Origin: Octopus sinensis
Taxonomy: Eukaryota
NCBI RefSeq assembly: GCF_006345805.1
Contig: NC_042997.1
Coordinates: forward strand, 160,766,001-160,830,000
Length of the DNA: 64,000 nt
Direction of reading: 5' to 3'
Made by a program: the position numbers and the translations under genes. The notes beneath the pieces are model-generated. The model did not search any database. It worked only from the letters and a program-made list of their open reading frames with translations, and was not told the DNA's origin. Each line of letters opens with the position of its first letter. The stretch's first letter is position 1. This document shows, piece by piece, positions 1 to 13,145 of this stretch.

Positions 1-549
1 TGTGTCTATCCACTGCGACTTAAGAACGTATGGTGTTGTTTCAGGGAGTTCTGGTGGCCATTTCTATTGAGTTGAGTCACTGCGTAGAGCTCTTCCCCTC
101 TGAGTTGGCTGGCAGAAATATGACTCACTGAAATATCGGATGCCTCCCACCTATTTATTAACAATTGTTACTATTTTCACTTCAGGATGGCGTCCTACAT
201 ATTCAAATAGATGCTGTTTGTCTTCTGTTATTTAACATCATTCAACTAAAACCTCAGACAACTCTACAAATACTTATTATTGAATCCAAACAGCCATAGC
301 AGTCAATATTTTATGAATTGCTACAGTCTAACGAGGCAGTAAATGCTCATTGATCGGTTCTCAATAGATCATTGTATCATCACGAAGCTCTTGTCAGTAG
401 GACGGTTATATCTTCAGCTATGAAAGTCCGTATCTCCAACAGAAGCTACTAACTAAACTGTTTACTCGGATGACTTGCACGAAAAAAGTATACTTCTGCT
501 ATATTTGTGATATTTGCGACATTTTTATTTCTATGCTATAATACTGTCT

Positions 550-759
550 TACTCTCTTACTTGTTTCAGTCATTTGACTGTGACCATACTGGAGCACCAC
601 ATTTAGTCGAGCAAATCGACTCCCAGGACTTATTCTTTGTAAGCCCAGCACTTACTCTAGCGGTGTCTTTTGGCGAACCGCTAAGTTACGGTGACGTAAA
701 CACACCAGCATCGGTTGTCAAGCGATGTTGGGGGGACAAACACAGACACACAAACATAT

Positions 760-790
<31 letters not shown>

Positions 791-951
791 CATATATACG
801 ACGGGCTTCTTTCAGTTTCCGTCTACCAAATCCACTCACAAGGCTTTGGTCAGCCCGAGGCTATAGTAGAAGGTGCCACGCAGTGGGACTGAACCCGGAA
901 CCATGTGGTTCGTAAACAAGCTACTTACCACACAGCTACTCCTACGCCTAT
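550..951 (-). mobile_element. tRNA-derived SINE (long octopus-type family with internal CA/TA microsatellite)
   Basis: The reverse complement begins ATAGGCGTAGGAGTAGCTGTGTGGTAAGTAG with a B-box-like GGTTCAGTCCC and ends TGACTGAAACAAGTAAGAGAG. More than 10 similar copies occur in the window. Confidence 0.85.
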
Positions 952-1350
952 AATGTTTATTTATGTAAGATGTTTTATTTTTTAATGTTAAATTCGGTTA
1001 TCAGAGTACATTTAGAAAATGATTTTCATTTTTATTTTAAGTTTTCGAGCGAACATGCTTAGTACCCTCGGCTTCATCCGTTATTTTCCGGTGTTAATTC
1101 CTATACTTTACTAGCTTTGCATATATGTAGTTATTTTGTTCTTTGCCATCCGCTGATGAGAGCATCTGAAGAAATTGGAACGATAGGAAAGAATATCCAT
1201 ATTTAATCCATGGTAATGGTTATTAACATATAGCTTTTATGGTGTATACAAAACCGAACGAAGTCAAACAGCTGTGTCTAATTTTCAGGAAAGATCCTAT
1301 GTTGATAATCTGGATAAATTAATCAACAGTGGTTTTTTGCTACATATATA

Positions 1351-1761
1351 TTACTCTTTTACTCTTTTAATTGTTTCAGTCATTTGACTGTGGCCATGCT
1401 GGAGCACCGCCTTTAATCGAGCAACTCGACCCCGGGACTTGTTCTTATTCTTTTCTAAGACCAGTACTTATTCTATCGGTCTCTTTTGCCGAACCGCTAA
1501 GTAACGGGGACATAAACACACCAGCATCGGTTGTCAAGCAATGCTAGGGGGACAAACACAGACACACAAACACACACACGCATATATATATACATATATA
1601 CGACGGGCTTCTTTCAGTTTCCATCTACCAAATTCACTCACAAGGCTTTGGTCGGCCCGAGGCTATAGTAGAAGACACTTGCCCAAGTGTGCCACTCAGT
1701 GGGACTGACACCCGGAACCATGTGGTTGGTAACAACTACTTACCACACAGCCTCTCCTGCG

Positions 1762-1765
<4 letters not shown>
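1351..1765 (-). mobile_element. SINE, same family as 550-951, full length
   Basis: Colinear with 550-951 along its whole length; tail is (TACTCTTT)n on the plus strand. Confidence 0.85.
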
Positions 1766-1797
<32 letters not shown>

Positions 1798-2173
1798 CGT
1801 TGATTTATTGATGTATATTGTATATTGTTGTGATTTATTTAATATTGTTGCAAGAGATATAGTAATTTTATTATCAAATGATTTTTAATATGGTGGTTGG
1901 GTTTTTCAGTATATTTATTTATACAATGAATGACAGTTTTATATAGAAATTATAAGTTATAATTGAATAAATTTGTGCCACTATCTGATGCTATACATAT
2001 AATTTAAATTTTAAAAATTTGGTTGAAAGTAAAGTAAGATAGTTATTATATTAAATTTATAATTTTATACTCAAGGTACTTCTTTTATATCTTTTATAAA
2101 TATACAATTTTAATCCAACTATAAATAATAGATACAATGAATTTCATACAACAGAAGTTTATCTCAGCGTAGT

Positions 2174-2206
2174 GACTAGTTTCGGATCTTGTTAGCTCTT
2201 CGTCAG
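2174..2206 (-). ncRNA. Degenerate minimal hammerhead motif
   Basis: Minus strand reads CTGACGA-AGAGCTAACAAGATCC-GAAA-CTA-GTC. The core and palindromic stem III (ACTAGT) are intact; stem II is damaged and no stem I was found. Confidence 0.35.
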
Positions 2207-2350
2207 AGAAAGAATAACCATATTCTATAATACTTTTCACTGATGAAAACCTGAAAATATCAGAAACTGATTAAGCTGAAGCTATTTTTGTTTCTGCACA
2301 GAAAGAGAACATTCTGTGATGATGATGATATACATACATACATACATACA

Positions 2351-2386
<36 letters not shown>

Positions 2387-2494
2387 TATATATATTTATA
2401 TTTATTTATATTGATTACTTTTATGATGTGACAAAAATTGCGTTTATTCAAACAGATATGACTTACATTTCATTGATACATGCGCACGCACGCT

Positions 2495-2563
<69 letters not shown>

Positions 2564-2978
2564 CGCATCACATCACACTGCACATATGTACCACGCAGAC
2601 ACATTCTGTGTCTTTCAATCATGGAAACACAAAAACTAAGTAGGTGATTGAGAAACCACCTGAACAAAAACCTTACAAATAAATAAGTAAATATATGTGT
2701 GTATGTGTATATGTACACATATATATATATGCATGTATATATGCATGCATTAAGTAAATGTGTATGTATATGTTTGTGAGAGTACTTCATTTTGCAAAAA
2801 ACAGAAAAATTTTTGCTATTTGTAGGAACTGTAGAGACTGTTTCTGAGTGGGTGAGAGAGAGAAAGAGACGAAGTAGAAAGACCATTCTGCTTGCTTGTC
2901 TATTTTCTTCTTTGCCTCTCACCTTTCTCAGTTACTACCACATGCACACACAGCCACAGACCACAGAACATTACATTG

Positions 2979-3032
<54 letters not shown>

Positions 3033-3099
3033 TATATATGTGTATATATATATATATATACACGTATAAATATATATGTATATACATATGTGTGAGTGA

Positions 3100-3468
3100 G
3101 TATATACACGCACACATACACACATGTATATATAGATATGTCTGTGTATATATATATTATATATATACATATGTATGTATGTATGCATGCATGTATGTAT
3201 GTATGTACGTATGTATGTATGTATGTATGTATGTATATATATATGTACGTACGTATGCACATATGTATGTATGTAAGTATGTATGCATGTATGTATGTAT
3301 GTACGTACGTATGCATATATGTATGTATGTAAGTATGTATGCACGTATGTATGTATGTATGCATATATGTATGTATATGAGTATGTATGCATGTATGTAT
3401 GTATGTAAGTATGTATGCATGTATGTATGTATGTATGTATGTATGTATGTATGTATGTATGTATGTAT
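3100..3468. repeat. (TATG)n microsatellite with variant higher-order units
   Basis: Direct reading of the sequence. Confidence 0.95.
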
Positions 3469-4512
3469 TCGCTTTCCTTACTCTTCTTTCCGCTCGCCCA
3501 TTGGTTATGATGTACACATCCCTCTGTCTCTCTGATTCTTTCTTTCATACACCATTGTTTTGTTTTTTTTTTAACTTTTTCTTTGTTTACCACACACACA
3601 CTCGCACGCGCACCATCTTGCTCTCTCTCTCTTTATCTCCGTTTCTCTTTCCGTTCTTCTTCCTTACTCTCCTTCCCTCCATTTTCACAGTTATTCAATC
3701 ACTCACCTTGTTCTTCCTAAACTCAGTTCAGTGTTCTTTCCACCAAACAATACATCCACCCAACTTCTCTCTCTCTCTCTATTGTTTTTCTTTCTTTCTT
3801 TCTTATTTCATTCAGTTTTGCTTATTTATAATTTCTAACTTACTGTTTCACAGTTTACTGAACAATCTTTGGTCTTTCCCCTCCCTTGCTCTCCTTACCA
3901 AAATTTAGTTCACACCGTTCACACCATTTCTTACTTTCCTCCACCTTACAACCACTCCACTAACGTGTTTCCTTTATATCACTCAAAATCGTTAATTATT
4001 CTTTTATTTCTGTATTGAGATACAATTTTCAACTTTTTTTTCTTCTTTTGTTGTTTCTTCTTCCTAAATTTTTTTTCTTCCTCCTATATCTTTCATTTCC
4101 CGCCGTTGTTTGTTATTGTTGTTGTTGCTGATGATGGTAATGACAGTGATGATGATACGTATATATTTTTTTCATTTCCTAACCTTTGATTTCTTTCTTT
4201 TCCATATTCTATCTTCGTCACTTTCAACATTTTTCACCTAACTCTTCATCATTTCATCCTTCTTTTCTCAACAACTCTCCCGCCTCTTCCCCTTCTTCGT
4301 TTTCCATTCTCTCTTCTTCAACATCTTCCTCCACTCGTTTTTCCTCTCCTTGATCCTTCTCGCTCAAATCTATTTTTTTTCCTTCTTCTTTCTGTCATGT
4401 TATCATTTCTTATATTCCATCGTTTACGATTCGTATTCAATAATGCCTCTAAGGAAATAACGAGTTCTTTATCTTTCTTGTCGTTTTTAGTGTGTGTTGT
4501 GTGTTGTGTGTG

Positions 4513-4552
<40 letters not shown>

Positions 4553-4565
4553 CTATATATATATA

Positions 4566-4598
<33 letters not shown>

Positions 4599-4611
4599 TG
4601 TATGTAAATAT

Positions 4612-4661
<50 letters not shown>

Positions 4662-4958
4662 GTGTGTGTGTATGTATGTATATATAATATATATATAATA
4701 TACATAATTTGTATATGTTTATATGTATATATATGTATGTATGTATGTGTGTATGTATATATATATATATATATATGCATATATGTATGTATGTGTATAT
4801 ATGTATATATATATACATACACACACACACACATGTATATATATATACGAAAACGACTTTGACTTGCACAAGAAATAAAAGGCAGCGGAACACGAAAAAA
4901 AAATGACTAAGAAAACACGTACAGAAAATATAGCAAGAGGTTTTCCTCAATTTCTCAC

Positions 4959-5023
4959 CTATTCTTCCCGCCATACACATGCACAAAATGACAAGGGTAG
5001 GAGAATACAGCATACCATCTTTT
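4959..5023 (-). CDS. Candidate 65-nt exon containing a start codon; encodes signal-peptide-like MLYSPTLVILCMCMAGRI with a phase-1 donor
   Basis: Minus-strand acceptor tcttttgttttcag (AG at 5025-5024), ATG at 5013-5011, donor AG|GTGAGA after 4959. It lies in non-repetitive sequence. No downstream exon was found in the window. Confidence 0.45.
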
Positions 5024-5824
5024 CTGAAAACAAAAGAACACTCTGATGGCCGCTTGCATCATTTATTCCCTCCTCAAGGCGATACAGAAGCGAGGTATAA
5101 TTTTCTTCACGATTGACAAAAATGGCGTCTTCACTATGTGTGAATTACGATAAATTTACTGAACTTCCCCCACTTTTATTCCCCGATTTCTCTTTCTCGT
5201 TCGCAATCTCTATTTCTCTCTTCCTCTCTGTCCCCCTCTTTCTCTCTTCCTCTCTATATCTCTACATCTCTTCCTCTATCTTATACTCCGTCTCTCTGAA
5301 ACAAAATGATATGTAATTATCTAGACTTGTGTCTAAACTCGTAAAATGACGCGGAATATTATTTGGACTATTGCGTTTCTTTTATGAAAGGAACAAAAAC
5401 AATAATAATAATGAGAAGAGTACTGTTTTCTATACTGTGTTGATCATAACGTAGTCTAGCGATCAAGGTGGCGGGCTGGCATAAACCATCTGTAAGAAAA
5501 AAAAAATAGGCGCCTTTTGTTTGACTTTTTTTTAGCTAATTCTCAGTAGAGATACAGACATGATTCTGTGTGAGACTATATCTGCATGCGTCTCTCTCTC
5601 GCTCTTGTTATAGATAGTATGCGTGGGTTTGGATGTTTACGCGTTTGTACGCGTATCCGTATTTATTTTGTATGACAGCGTCTGTGAGGGAATCAAGTGC
5701 ATATGTATGCAAACCCCTCACACGCAAAGACACACATTGAGACACCACTCACACACAACAATATATATGTATATATATACTATAATTATATATATATATA
5801 TATTATATATAGTATATATATATA

Positions 5825-5859
<35 letters not shown>

Positions 5860-6143
5860 TACATATAGATATATAATACTATAGGTATTGTGTGTATGTA
5901 TACTAATGAAATGTCAAGTTGATGACGCGTACGCTCTGTTTGTGAAACTCCGAGTAGTAGTGAAGTGATCACCAATTGTTAATCTATGTACTAGTCAAAT
6001 CATGTACTGAATATCATTTTCTTTCCTTTGTTTATATAAGTGTGTGTATGTGCACACGTGTGTGTGTGCATGTATGTTTGTATCGCTATATGTAGTTATG
6101 TATACACCACACACACTCATACACACACCTATCACACACATAC

Positions 6144-6185
<42 letters not shown>

Positions 6186-6599
6186 ACACGCTCAAGTGAA
6201 TGCGTGTATCTTTTTTAAGTGTAAGTCTACATGGGTACGTTTTGGCAGCATTTACGGAGTGGTGCAATAAAAGTAATAACCAGAAAGAATAAGTTATGTG
6301 CCAAAAATAGCGAGAACGAACTAATATAATGTTATGAAAATTATATGGATTGTAAAGAAGAGCATAAAGTTTAAAATAGATCTAAATGTATTGATCAATG
6401 AGAAGCAGGAACAATATATGTTTAAGTACCGAATGAAAGAAGAGAAACGTGTATGTTGCTGTTTGTTTCATGTCAACCTTCACCCTGCGATCAAAACCTG
6501 TGATGGGAATATTATCAGAGGCTGCAAAGTTTCTTTCACCTGCCCTGCATATACATACATACATACATATACGCATACACACATACATACACACACGCA

Positions 6600-6635
<36 letters not shown>

Positions 6636-6640
6636 TCTTA

Positions 6641-7040
6641 AATTCAATTCAATTCAATTTTTATTGGATCAAAAAGCATAAGCAAGGCCATGTAGGGGGA
6701 CAGGGTGTTACGTACAGGGAGGGTGGTCACACAAAGAGTTCAGGCCATTTCTGGTCAAGAGAGACTTTGAACCGAGCGATCGTCGGCATCTTCACTATCT
6801 CGTCCGGCAGCTTATTCCACGGATCCGCAACCCGGACGGAGAAAGCCCCTCTCCTTCGATTGAGATGAAATCGTCGTAGATATAGCTTTTCGGAGTGACC
6901 CCGCAGCCCACGCTCTGGAGCAGGAGTGAAGAACAGCTCTTTCGAGAGGTTACACTTCCGCTTATGATGTTGTGAGCAAGAATAAGATCAGCATGGCGTC
7001 ATCATTTTTCTAGAGAATAAAGGTCGAGCGTCTTCAGCCT
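6641..7040 (-). mobile_element. CR1/L2-like LINE 3' fragment (ORF2 C-terminus, 3'UTR, (GAATT)n tail)
   Basis: Translates RLKTLDLYSLEK*..RGLRGHSEKLYLRRFHLNRRRGAFSVRVADPWNKLPDEIVKMPTIARFKVSLDQKWPELFV*, matching the RGH..KL / FS.RV..WN.LP pattern of CR1/L2 C-termini. Stop codon at 6727-6729. Confidence 0.8.
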
Positions 7041-7325
7041 AAATAAGAAGTTGGTGACAACGACTTCGAAGTTTTGGCCATTTAAGCTATTGTCGGACTA
7101 CAGTAACACAAAGTTAGTCTTGCCATTAAGAATAATAAATTTGTACTCTACCAAAAAGTATCCAGTGACCCGTCAGATTAATGTAAAACTGTTTTTCTTA
7201 TGAGTGAACTAAAAACAAACAACAAGCACACACACACACATAATATATAATGTAACTAATTATAGTTGAATTATGTACTTAAATTGAGGCACCTTGCTAG
7301 GTTGGTATATATATATATATTATAT

Positions 7326-7382
<57 letters not shown>

Positions 7383-7699
7383 GATATGTATATGTATATA
7401 TGCATATTATATATAATATGTACATATATATATATATATAATATACATATATACATATATATATATTCTACATACATATATATATATATACACATATATA
7501 TATATATATATGCAACTACTGTCTGAGATCACAGGAGTATCTGGATCTGATAGAATCAAACTACTACACATCTCATAGAATCAACTCGTGATAGCGAATC
7601 TCCAAAGATCATCAAAGAGAAAGTTTCTATTTCGTGGTTCGACAGGTTAAAATTGGTAGCCAAATTTCTTTCAAATTACATCACATAAATCATACTGAT

Positions 7700-7895
7700 T
7701 TCAATTTTTGGCACAAGGCCAGCAATTTCAGGAGAGAGGGTAAGCCGAATACATCGACTCTCGTGCTCAACTGCTACTTATTTTATCGACCCCGAAAGAT
7801 CGATAAAATAAGTACCAGTTGAGCACTAAGGTCGATGTAATCGACTTGAGCCCCCACCTCCGAAACTGCTGCCCTTGTGCCAAAAATTGAAACCC
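7700..7895. mobile_element. Two 3' halves of the short SINE family in inverted orientation
   Basis: TGCTCAACTGCTACTTATTTTATCGA is mirrored by TCGATAAAATAAGTACCAGTTGAGCA around position 7795. Confidence 0.65.
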
Positions 7896-8844
7896 ATATC
7901 TATTTCATTAAGGGAATAGTAATTATTTTTAGAGGTACCTTACATAAACAATATCCTGTAAGGTACTGTTGGATGAAGAATCCCCTTCCGCCATTAGGTT
8001 ATTGTTATATATTGTATTAACTTCCCTCTCCATCTTCCAGCAAGATTAATTTAACACAACTATTAAACTTTTGAAACCATTAGTTGTTGCTGCCGTTGTT
8101 GTTATTGCGGTTGTTGTTGTTTTCGTCTTATTATTGTTTTGTTTTTGTGCTTGTAGTATTTGTTTTCAAACCGTAGTGGTGGTGGTGGTGGTGGGGAAAT
8201 GTTGTTCAGCCTCAGGTCAGCCCTAATTACACAACAAAAAACATTGCAATGTTGACGATGCCATCATATTAAAAATGTGTCATCATTTTTTAAGCTAGTA
8301 CAGCTGTACGTGATATGCTGATGTAGCTGCTACTTCTAGCAGAGCTATCAACCACTTTGGGGCTTTTTCGCTGACTTATACTGATGCTTTTTTTGTTGGT
8401 TTTTCTTTTGTCTTTTTGAATAATCATATTTTTGAGTATAAACCATTTGTAGAACTGTGACCGGATTACAAAGTAATAGCCTGTCCCTCACAACTCGGTC
8501 ATCGTGAAATAGTAGTCAATATCCCGCAAAGCTCAAAGTATCAGCTTTAAAATGGTTGTGTTGGATAATGTAGTCTCGGGGTAGATTATTTATGAAAATA
8601 AGACGAGATGATCCCTGCTTGGACATCTTTCATCGTATTTAGTAAGCGGCACCTGGGAGGTTAAACAGCAACGAGAACAACAACGACGATGACTACGACG
8701 ACGACAACAGAAAGAACCACGAAAACTACTCAGCGAGTACACTGGGTGGATGGAAGGAGTCTTATGTCAGTCATTGACTTGACTAAACTTTGACAGAAAA
8801 TTCAGTCAAACGTCATTTGAACTGATCTTGTCAATAACTGAATA

Positions 8845-9060
8845 TTCGTTTCAAATTTTGGCACAAAGCCAGCAAAATCAGAGAAAGGAGTTCAGTCAAT
8901 TACATCGACCCCGGTGTTTAACTGGTACTCATTTTATCGACCCCAAAAGGATGAAAGCAAAGTCGATCACATGGGGAATTTGAACTCAGAACGTAATGAT
9001 GGACGAAATGCTGCTAAGCATAACGATGTTGTGATAACGATTCTGCTATCTCGCTACCTT
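8845..9060 (-). mobile_element. Short tRNA-derived SINE family (AAGGCGGCGAGCTGGCAGAATCGTTAGC type), diverged
   Basis: Reverse complement is colinear with the copy at 39294-39510. Confidence 0.7.
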
Positions 9061-9193
9061 TATATAACTGATTATTAACAGATAAAGTAATTGTTTGTAG
9101 CAGACTGGTACAAATTCATAATTACTACACTAGAATGAAGAGAAATATGCTCTCTCGTGTCAGCTTGCAGCGCTGCCTTGTTGTCCGGTTTCT

Positions 9194-9232
9194 GTGCCTG
9201 AAGAGGAGATAACTACTCCGAAATGCATGCAC
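9194..9232 (+). ncRNA. Type I hammerhead motif lacking the cleavage-site nucleotide, nested in an 18-bp outer stem (9160-9177/9248-9265)
   Basis: gtgc-CTGAAGA-GGAG/CTCC stem II-GAAA-TGCAT-gcac; there is no unpaired N17 between stem III and stem I. Confidence 0.6.
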
Positions 9233-10069
9233 TCTTTAGTCTGTTCAGGTGGCGCTGCGAGCTGATTCGGTGTATTTACACCTATTTGGCGAAACACTGT
9301 AACAAAACACTGTGACTGATTTTCTTACGGGTTTGAATATCTCTGAAGCATATTTGAACTGGTTGTATTTATACACATCAATGTTGAGTGCTGTCATCCA
9401 CTATCACTAAGAATTGTTCAAACACACTCTCTCTCTCACACACACACACACACACCACACACACAAATGCAATCACACACGCAATGCCTTGATCCATCTC
9501 TATCGAGATCCAGTTCTGTTCTTTAAGTTTAATTCTTCTACTCAACTCATTCACTAACCTTCTGCATACTCATCTTTCTATGCCCTTCTTTACCATTTAC
9601 TCTCATTCACTAGCTTCTCTCACTCACTCTACCTCCCTCTTTCTCACTATTTCTTTCGCCTTATTCCCATCTCTCTTCTTTGTAGTACTCATAATGTACA
9701 TTTAGTATACAAAATATAATAGTATGTCGTTAATCCCCAGGCCAATGTGAAGGCTCAGATCTACGATCAAACTTAATTCAGACTCAATAATCTGGTGTTT
9801 TCGGTGATATTAATGTTGCATTATTGAACGTAGTATGCCCTTCGTTTGTTTTTTTTTTACCACAGCGATGTTTGAGTTATTTTCGGGATATCTATCTACT
9901 ATCGAATGACGTCATTCAACCAATTAGACAAAAAGTTCAACAAAGGAATAAATTTTATACCGTGTGGGTATAAAATATTCCGAGATTTGAACTCTTTATT
10001 TTGCTATTTGTCGACAGAGATCATCATTAGTTTCCTAGGATTCAACTGTTTTATTATTTAATATGATAA

Positions 10070-10290
10070 ACGCAACTGGCTGGCAGAATCATTGGCACAC
10101 CGAAAAAATGCTTAGCGGCATTTCTTCCGGCTCTTCATGTTCTGTGTTTGAATACTGCCAAGATCAACTATGCCTTTCATTCGTCGCGTCGACAAAATAA
10201 GTACCAGTCAAATACTGGGGCCGATGTAATTGATTAACGCCCTTTTATACCCAAAATTGCTGGCCTTGAAACAAAATTTGAAACAAATAT
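10070..10290 (+). mobile_element. Short tRNA-derived SINE family, diverged copy
   Basis: CTGGCAGAATC...AAATGCTTAGCGGCATTTC...GTCGACAAAATAAGTACCAG, colinear with 39294-39510. Confidence 0.7.
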
Positions 10291-11228
10291 AAAACTAAGG
10301 TCGGAATTTGGCGAAAACTAAGTCTGTTGTTTGATCTCTGATATTAAGCATTGAGTCTGTGATAAAGTTTCACACAAACTATATATATTTATATATATAT
10401 GTATATGGCGGTGGTGGTGTATGGCCATCAACTTCTGATTGAGTTATGATGGGTGGGGGGCGTCATGACATAAAGGATCTCCTGGTCATTTTAACCCTGT
10501 GAGACCCTATCCCTCTTCTGGTCTGATCACAGATAATTTTTTTAATTTAAGAGAAAGATAAGAAACTATCCCATTACTTGATTAGTTCATTATTTATCGA
10601 CTCCGAGAGAGAAAAAATGCAAAACTGATCTTTTCAGGGTTGAACTCAAAGCGCAGGGAACTAGAACACTGCAAAGAATTCTTTTCGATGCTCTAACGGC
10701 CTTGCCAATCAACCACCTTATGCTGGAAGATATAGATTCAACTCTATTTCTATAACTTTCAACAAAAATAATCTAAGAGCAGTCGGTGCCTGAATCGCCA
10801 GCATGTCGAACAGGGTACTTTGTGTTATCTGTTCTGGCTACTTACATTCTGCTTTCATACCTTGGAAAGGTAACCGTTTCCCTTCATTTTTTTTTTTCCG
10901 ATGTCGATAAAAATAGTACCAGGACCAATCAAGAATTGAGATCGATTTAATCAACTATAAACAAAAACACTTGGAGTCCATAAGGTGGACCAATGTTGAC
11001 TACAACTGCATTCTGGAAATTCCTGCAAACCACAGGTGCCAAAAATGGAGAATTATAAATGTTAAACAGCAGATATGAGCAAAATATTAATCTTGATATA
11101 TAGAGTTGTTCTTTTACCTAAGTCAACCAAGAATCGGACCAATAATATAAAACTATCCAACCGGTGTTGTTTCTTTATATCGGGGACCATTTTCCTTTTT
11201 CAAGATGGTAGAGTGTGACATGATAGAG

Positions 11229-11494
11229 TAGTGGTTCTCAAACATTTTTTTGTCTATGGGCCCCTATAATACCTATTTTAGTCGTATGTTTTCACATAGC
11301 CATTTAATATTTAAAAATCTTATAATAATTTTATAATTAAATATTAATTAAATATTATTAGGAATTGTATAAAAAATTGCTAAAATACTGTGTATTGTAG
11401 AAATATAACCAATTTATTGCAGATAAATTTAACAACAAAATCTTATATGGACCCTATCTCCAATGGTCTTATGGACCCCGGTTGAGAACCAATG
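11229..11494. mobile_element. hAT-like MITE
   Basis: Terminal inverted repeats TAGTGGTTCTCAA / TTGAGAACCAATG; degenerate 8-bp flanks tgatagag/taatagaa; related to 15307-15661. Confidence 0.6.
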
Positions 11495-12544
11495 TAATAG
11501 AATCTTGCATGTTAGTTTCAGAAATCATGCAGAAGCTCCTTTGTCAGCTGATGATATAATGAATTCATTTGTCCTATCTCCTATCATATTTGCGAACAGA
11601 TTGCAAAATACTTAATCCAGTACTACCAAATGATAATAAATGTTACCAGATCCAGAGTTGAGAAGCATACTCAGAGCATTCTTAAAAACTAAATAATAGC
11701 TAAAACTTAGCTATTAGCAACGGAAGCCAAGTTGGGAAAATGATAATCTCCTGATGGATTCATCACAAAACTTTTGAAAATCTTCAGATCCTTTCATAAT
11801 GAAATTGAATTGCTTTTTGTTGTTGTTTTAGCCATATATTGTCCCTGATTGAACGAACATGTCATTATCAAAGGCGTTCATGTCATATTCAAGTCGACTT
11901 TATTCCAGACATAATTCATTAAGGACTACACTATCATATGTATCCTTTCTCAAGACTATAGGATCTGGATTGAGGCAGATTTGTCTACGCTGTCAAACAG
12001 GATCAAACAGACTCGAAAGAAAATCGACCTCTCTAATCTGAGTGAGAACTTAATGAGATATATGAGGAAATTGAGAAATGGACGATATTCCAAGTAATAG
12101 AGTAATATTCAGAGTAGTTTGCAGAATGTATAGTAGCATATATGCTGCAAAAATGTCAATCCAGTCAAGCATCTGACATAGAATAGTGACTGAGCATTGT
12201 TAGCGTTCGTTCTACGTTATTTATTCTGAACTTGTGACAGAGATTCGGCGTGTAGTGATATCTTTGTTGTCCGCAACATTGTCTTGAATTCTGTGCAACA
12301 TTTTAAAAACATTTCTGCTGATCATTTAATATCTGCAAACTCGATATACTTTTTAAACAGGTATGGTTGTGTGGTAAAAGGTAAAAAAAAAAGAAAAAGT
12401 TCAGTTTCGAATTCGATCTCTCAGAGTGACGCACAGGACAAGTCTGTTCTATCAAAGTTTCGAGTGGACAACAGATTTGTGAATGAAATTAGTTGATAGA
12501 AACTGCTTCAAAGCTGCCGAATGGCCACATCCTTTTCTTCTTAC

Positions 12545-12677
12545 CTGTAAAACATAATCCGTTACCCTGATTAACATTACGAATGGACCCGTGGCTACCT
12601 TTGATTGGAGTCCACTCCATTAAAAACATTTAGGCCCTGTCTCTTATCTGAGAATAATCACACCAGTTTCGCCGGTC
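12545..12677 (-). other. Candidate 133-nt exon, probably 5'UTR/non-coding
   Basis: Minus-strand acceptor cactcttttctctttccag|G and donor ACAG|GTAAGA in unique sequence. Stops occur early in all three frames; an internal ATG (12629) opens only 28 codons. Confidence 0.45.
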
Positions 12678-13112
12678 CTGGAAAGAGAAAAGAGTGTTTC
12701 CTTTCCTCTTCTGGCTAAGCTAAGTAATGAGCATTTTTTAAATGTCTCAGATAGCAACTATTTACTCAGATATGTTTATAGAGAAATTTTCTATTTAAGT
12801 ATATATCAAATGTCTTTTTTTTTTCTCTTTTTCCTTTATCCCAAAGTGACGAGAATTTGTGATTTCAGCTTTAATTCACTATAATCAGTCTTGTAAAAAT
12901 AATTTATCCCGTTTGGAATGATTGATGGAACTTTGGTAGAGTTAATTAGTTTAATATTAACAAGCCTAATGATTTGTATCAGAGCGATGGCATTGACCGC
13001 TGAAGTATTTTAAAAAGTCGTGCGTTTTAACCCAAAGTATTTCTTTAAATTTAATTGCGAGAATTATCACTATGTATGTATATGTGTATAAATATACATA
13101 TATATGCGTGTG

Positions 13113-13145
<33 letters not shown>

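Noticed and set aside
1152-1290. CTGATGAGAGC...AAACAGCTGTGTC as a hammerhead
   Set aside because: No GAAA with a supporting stem II and no stem I.
5118-5130. YY1-like AAAATGGCG motif
   Set aside because: A single short motif with no other promoter evidence.
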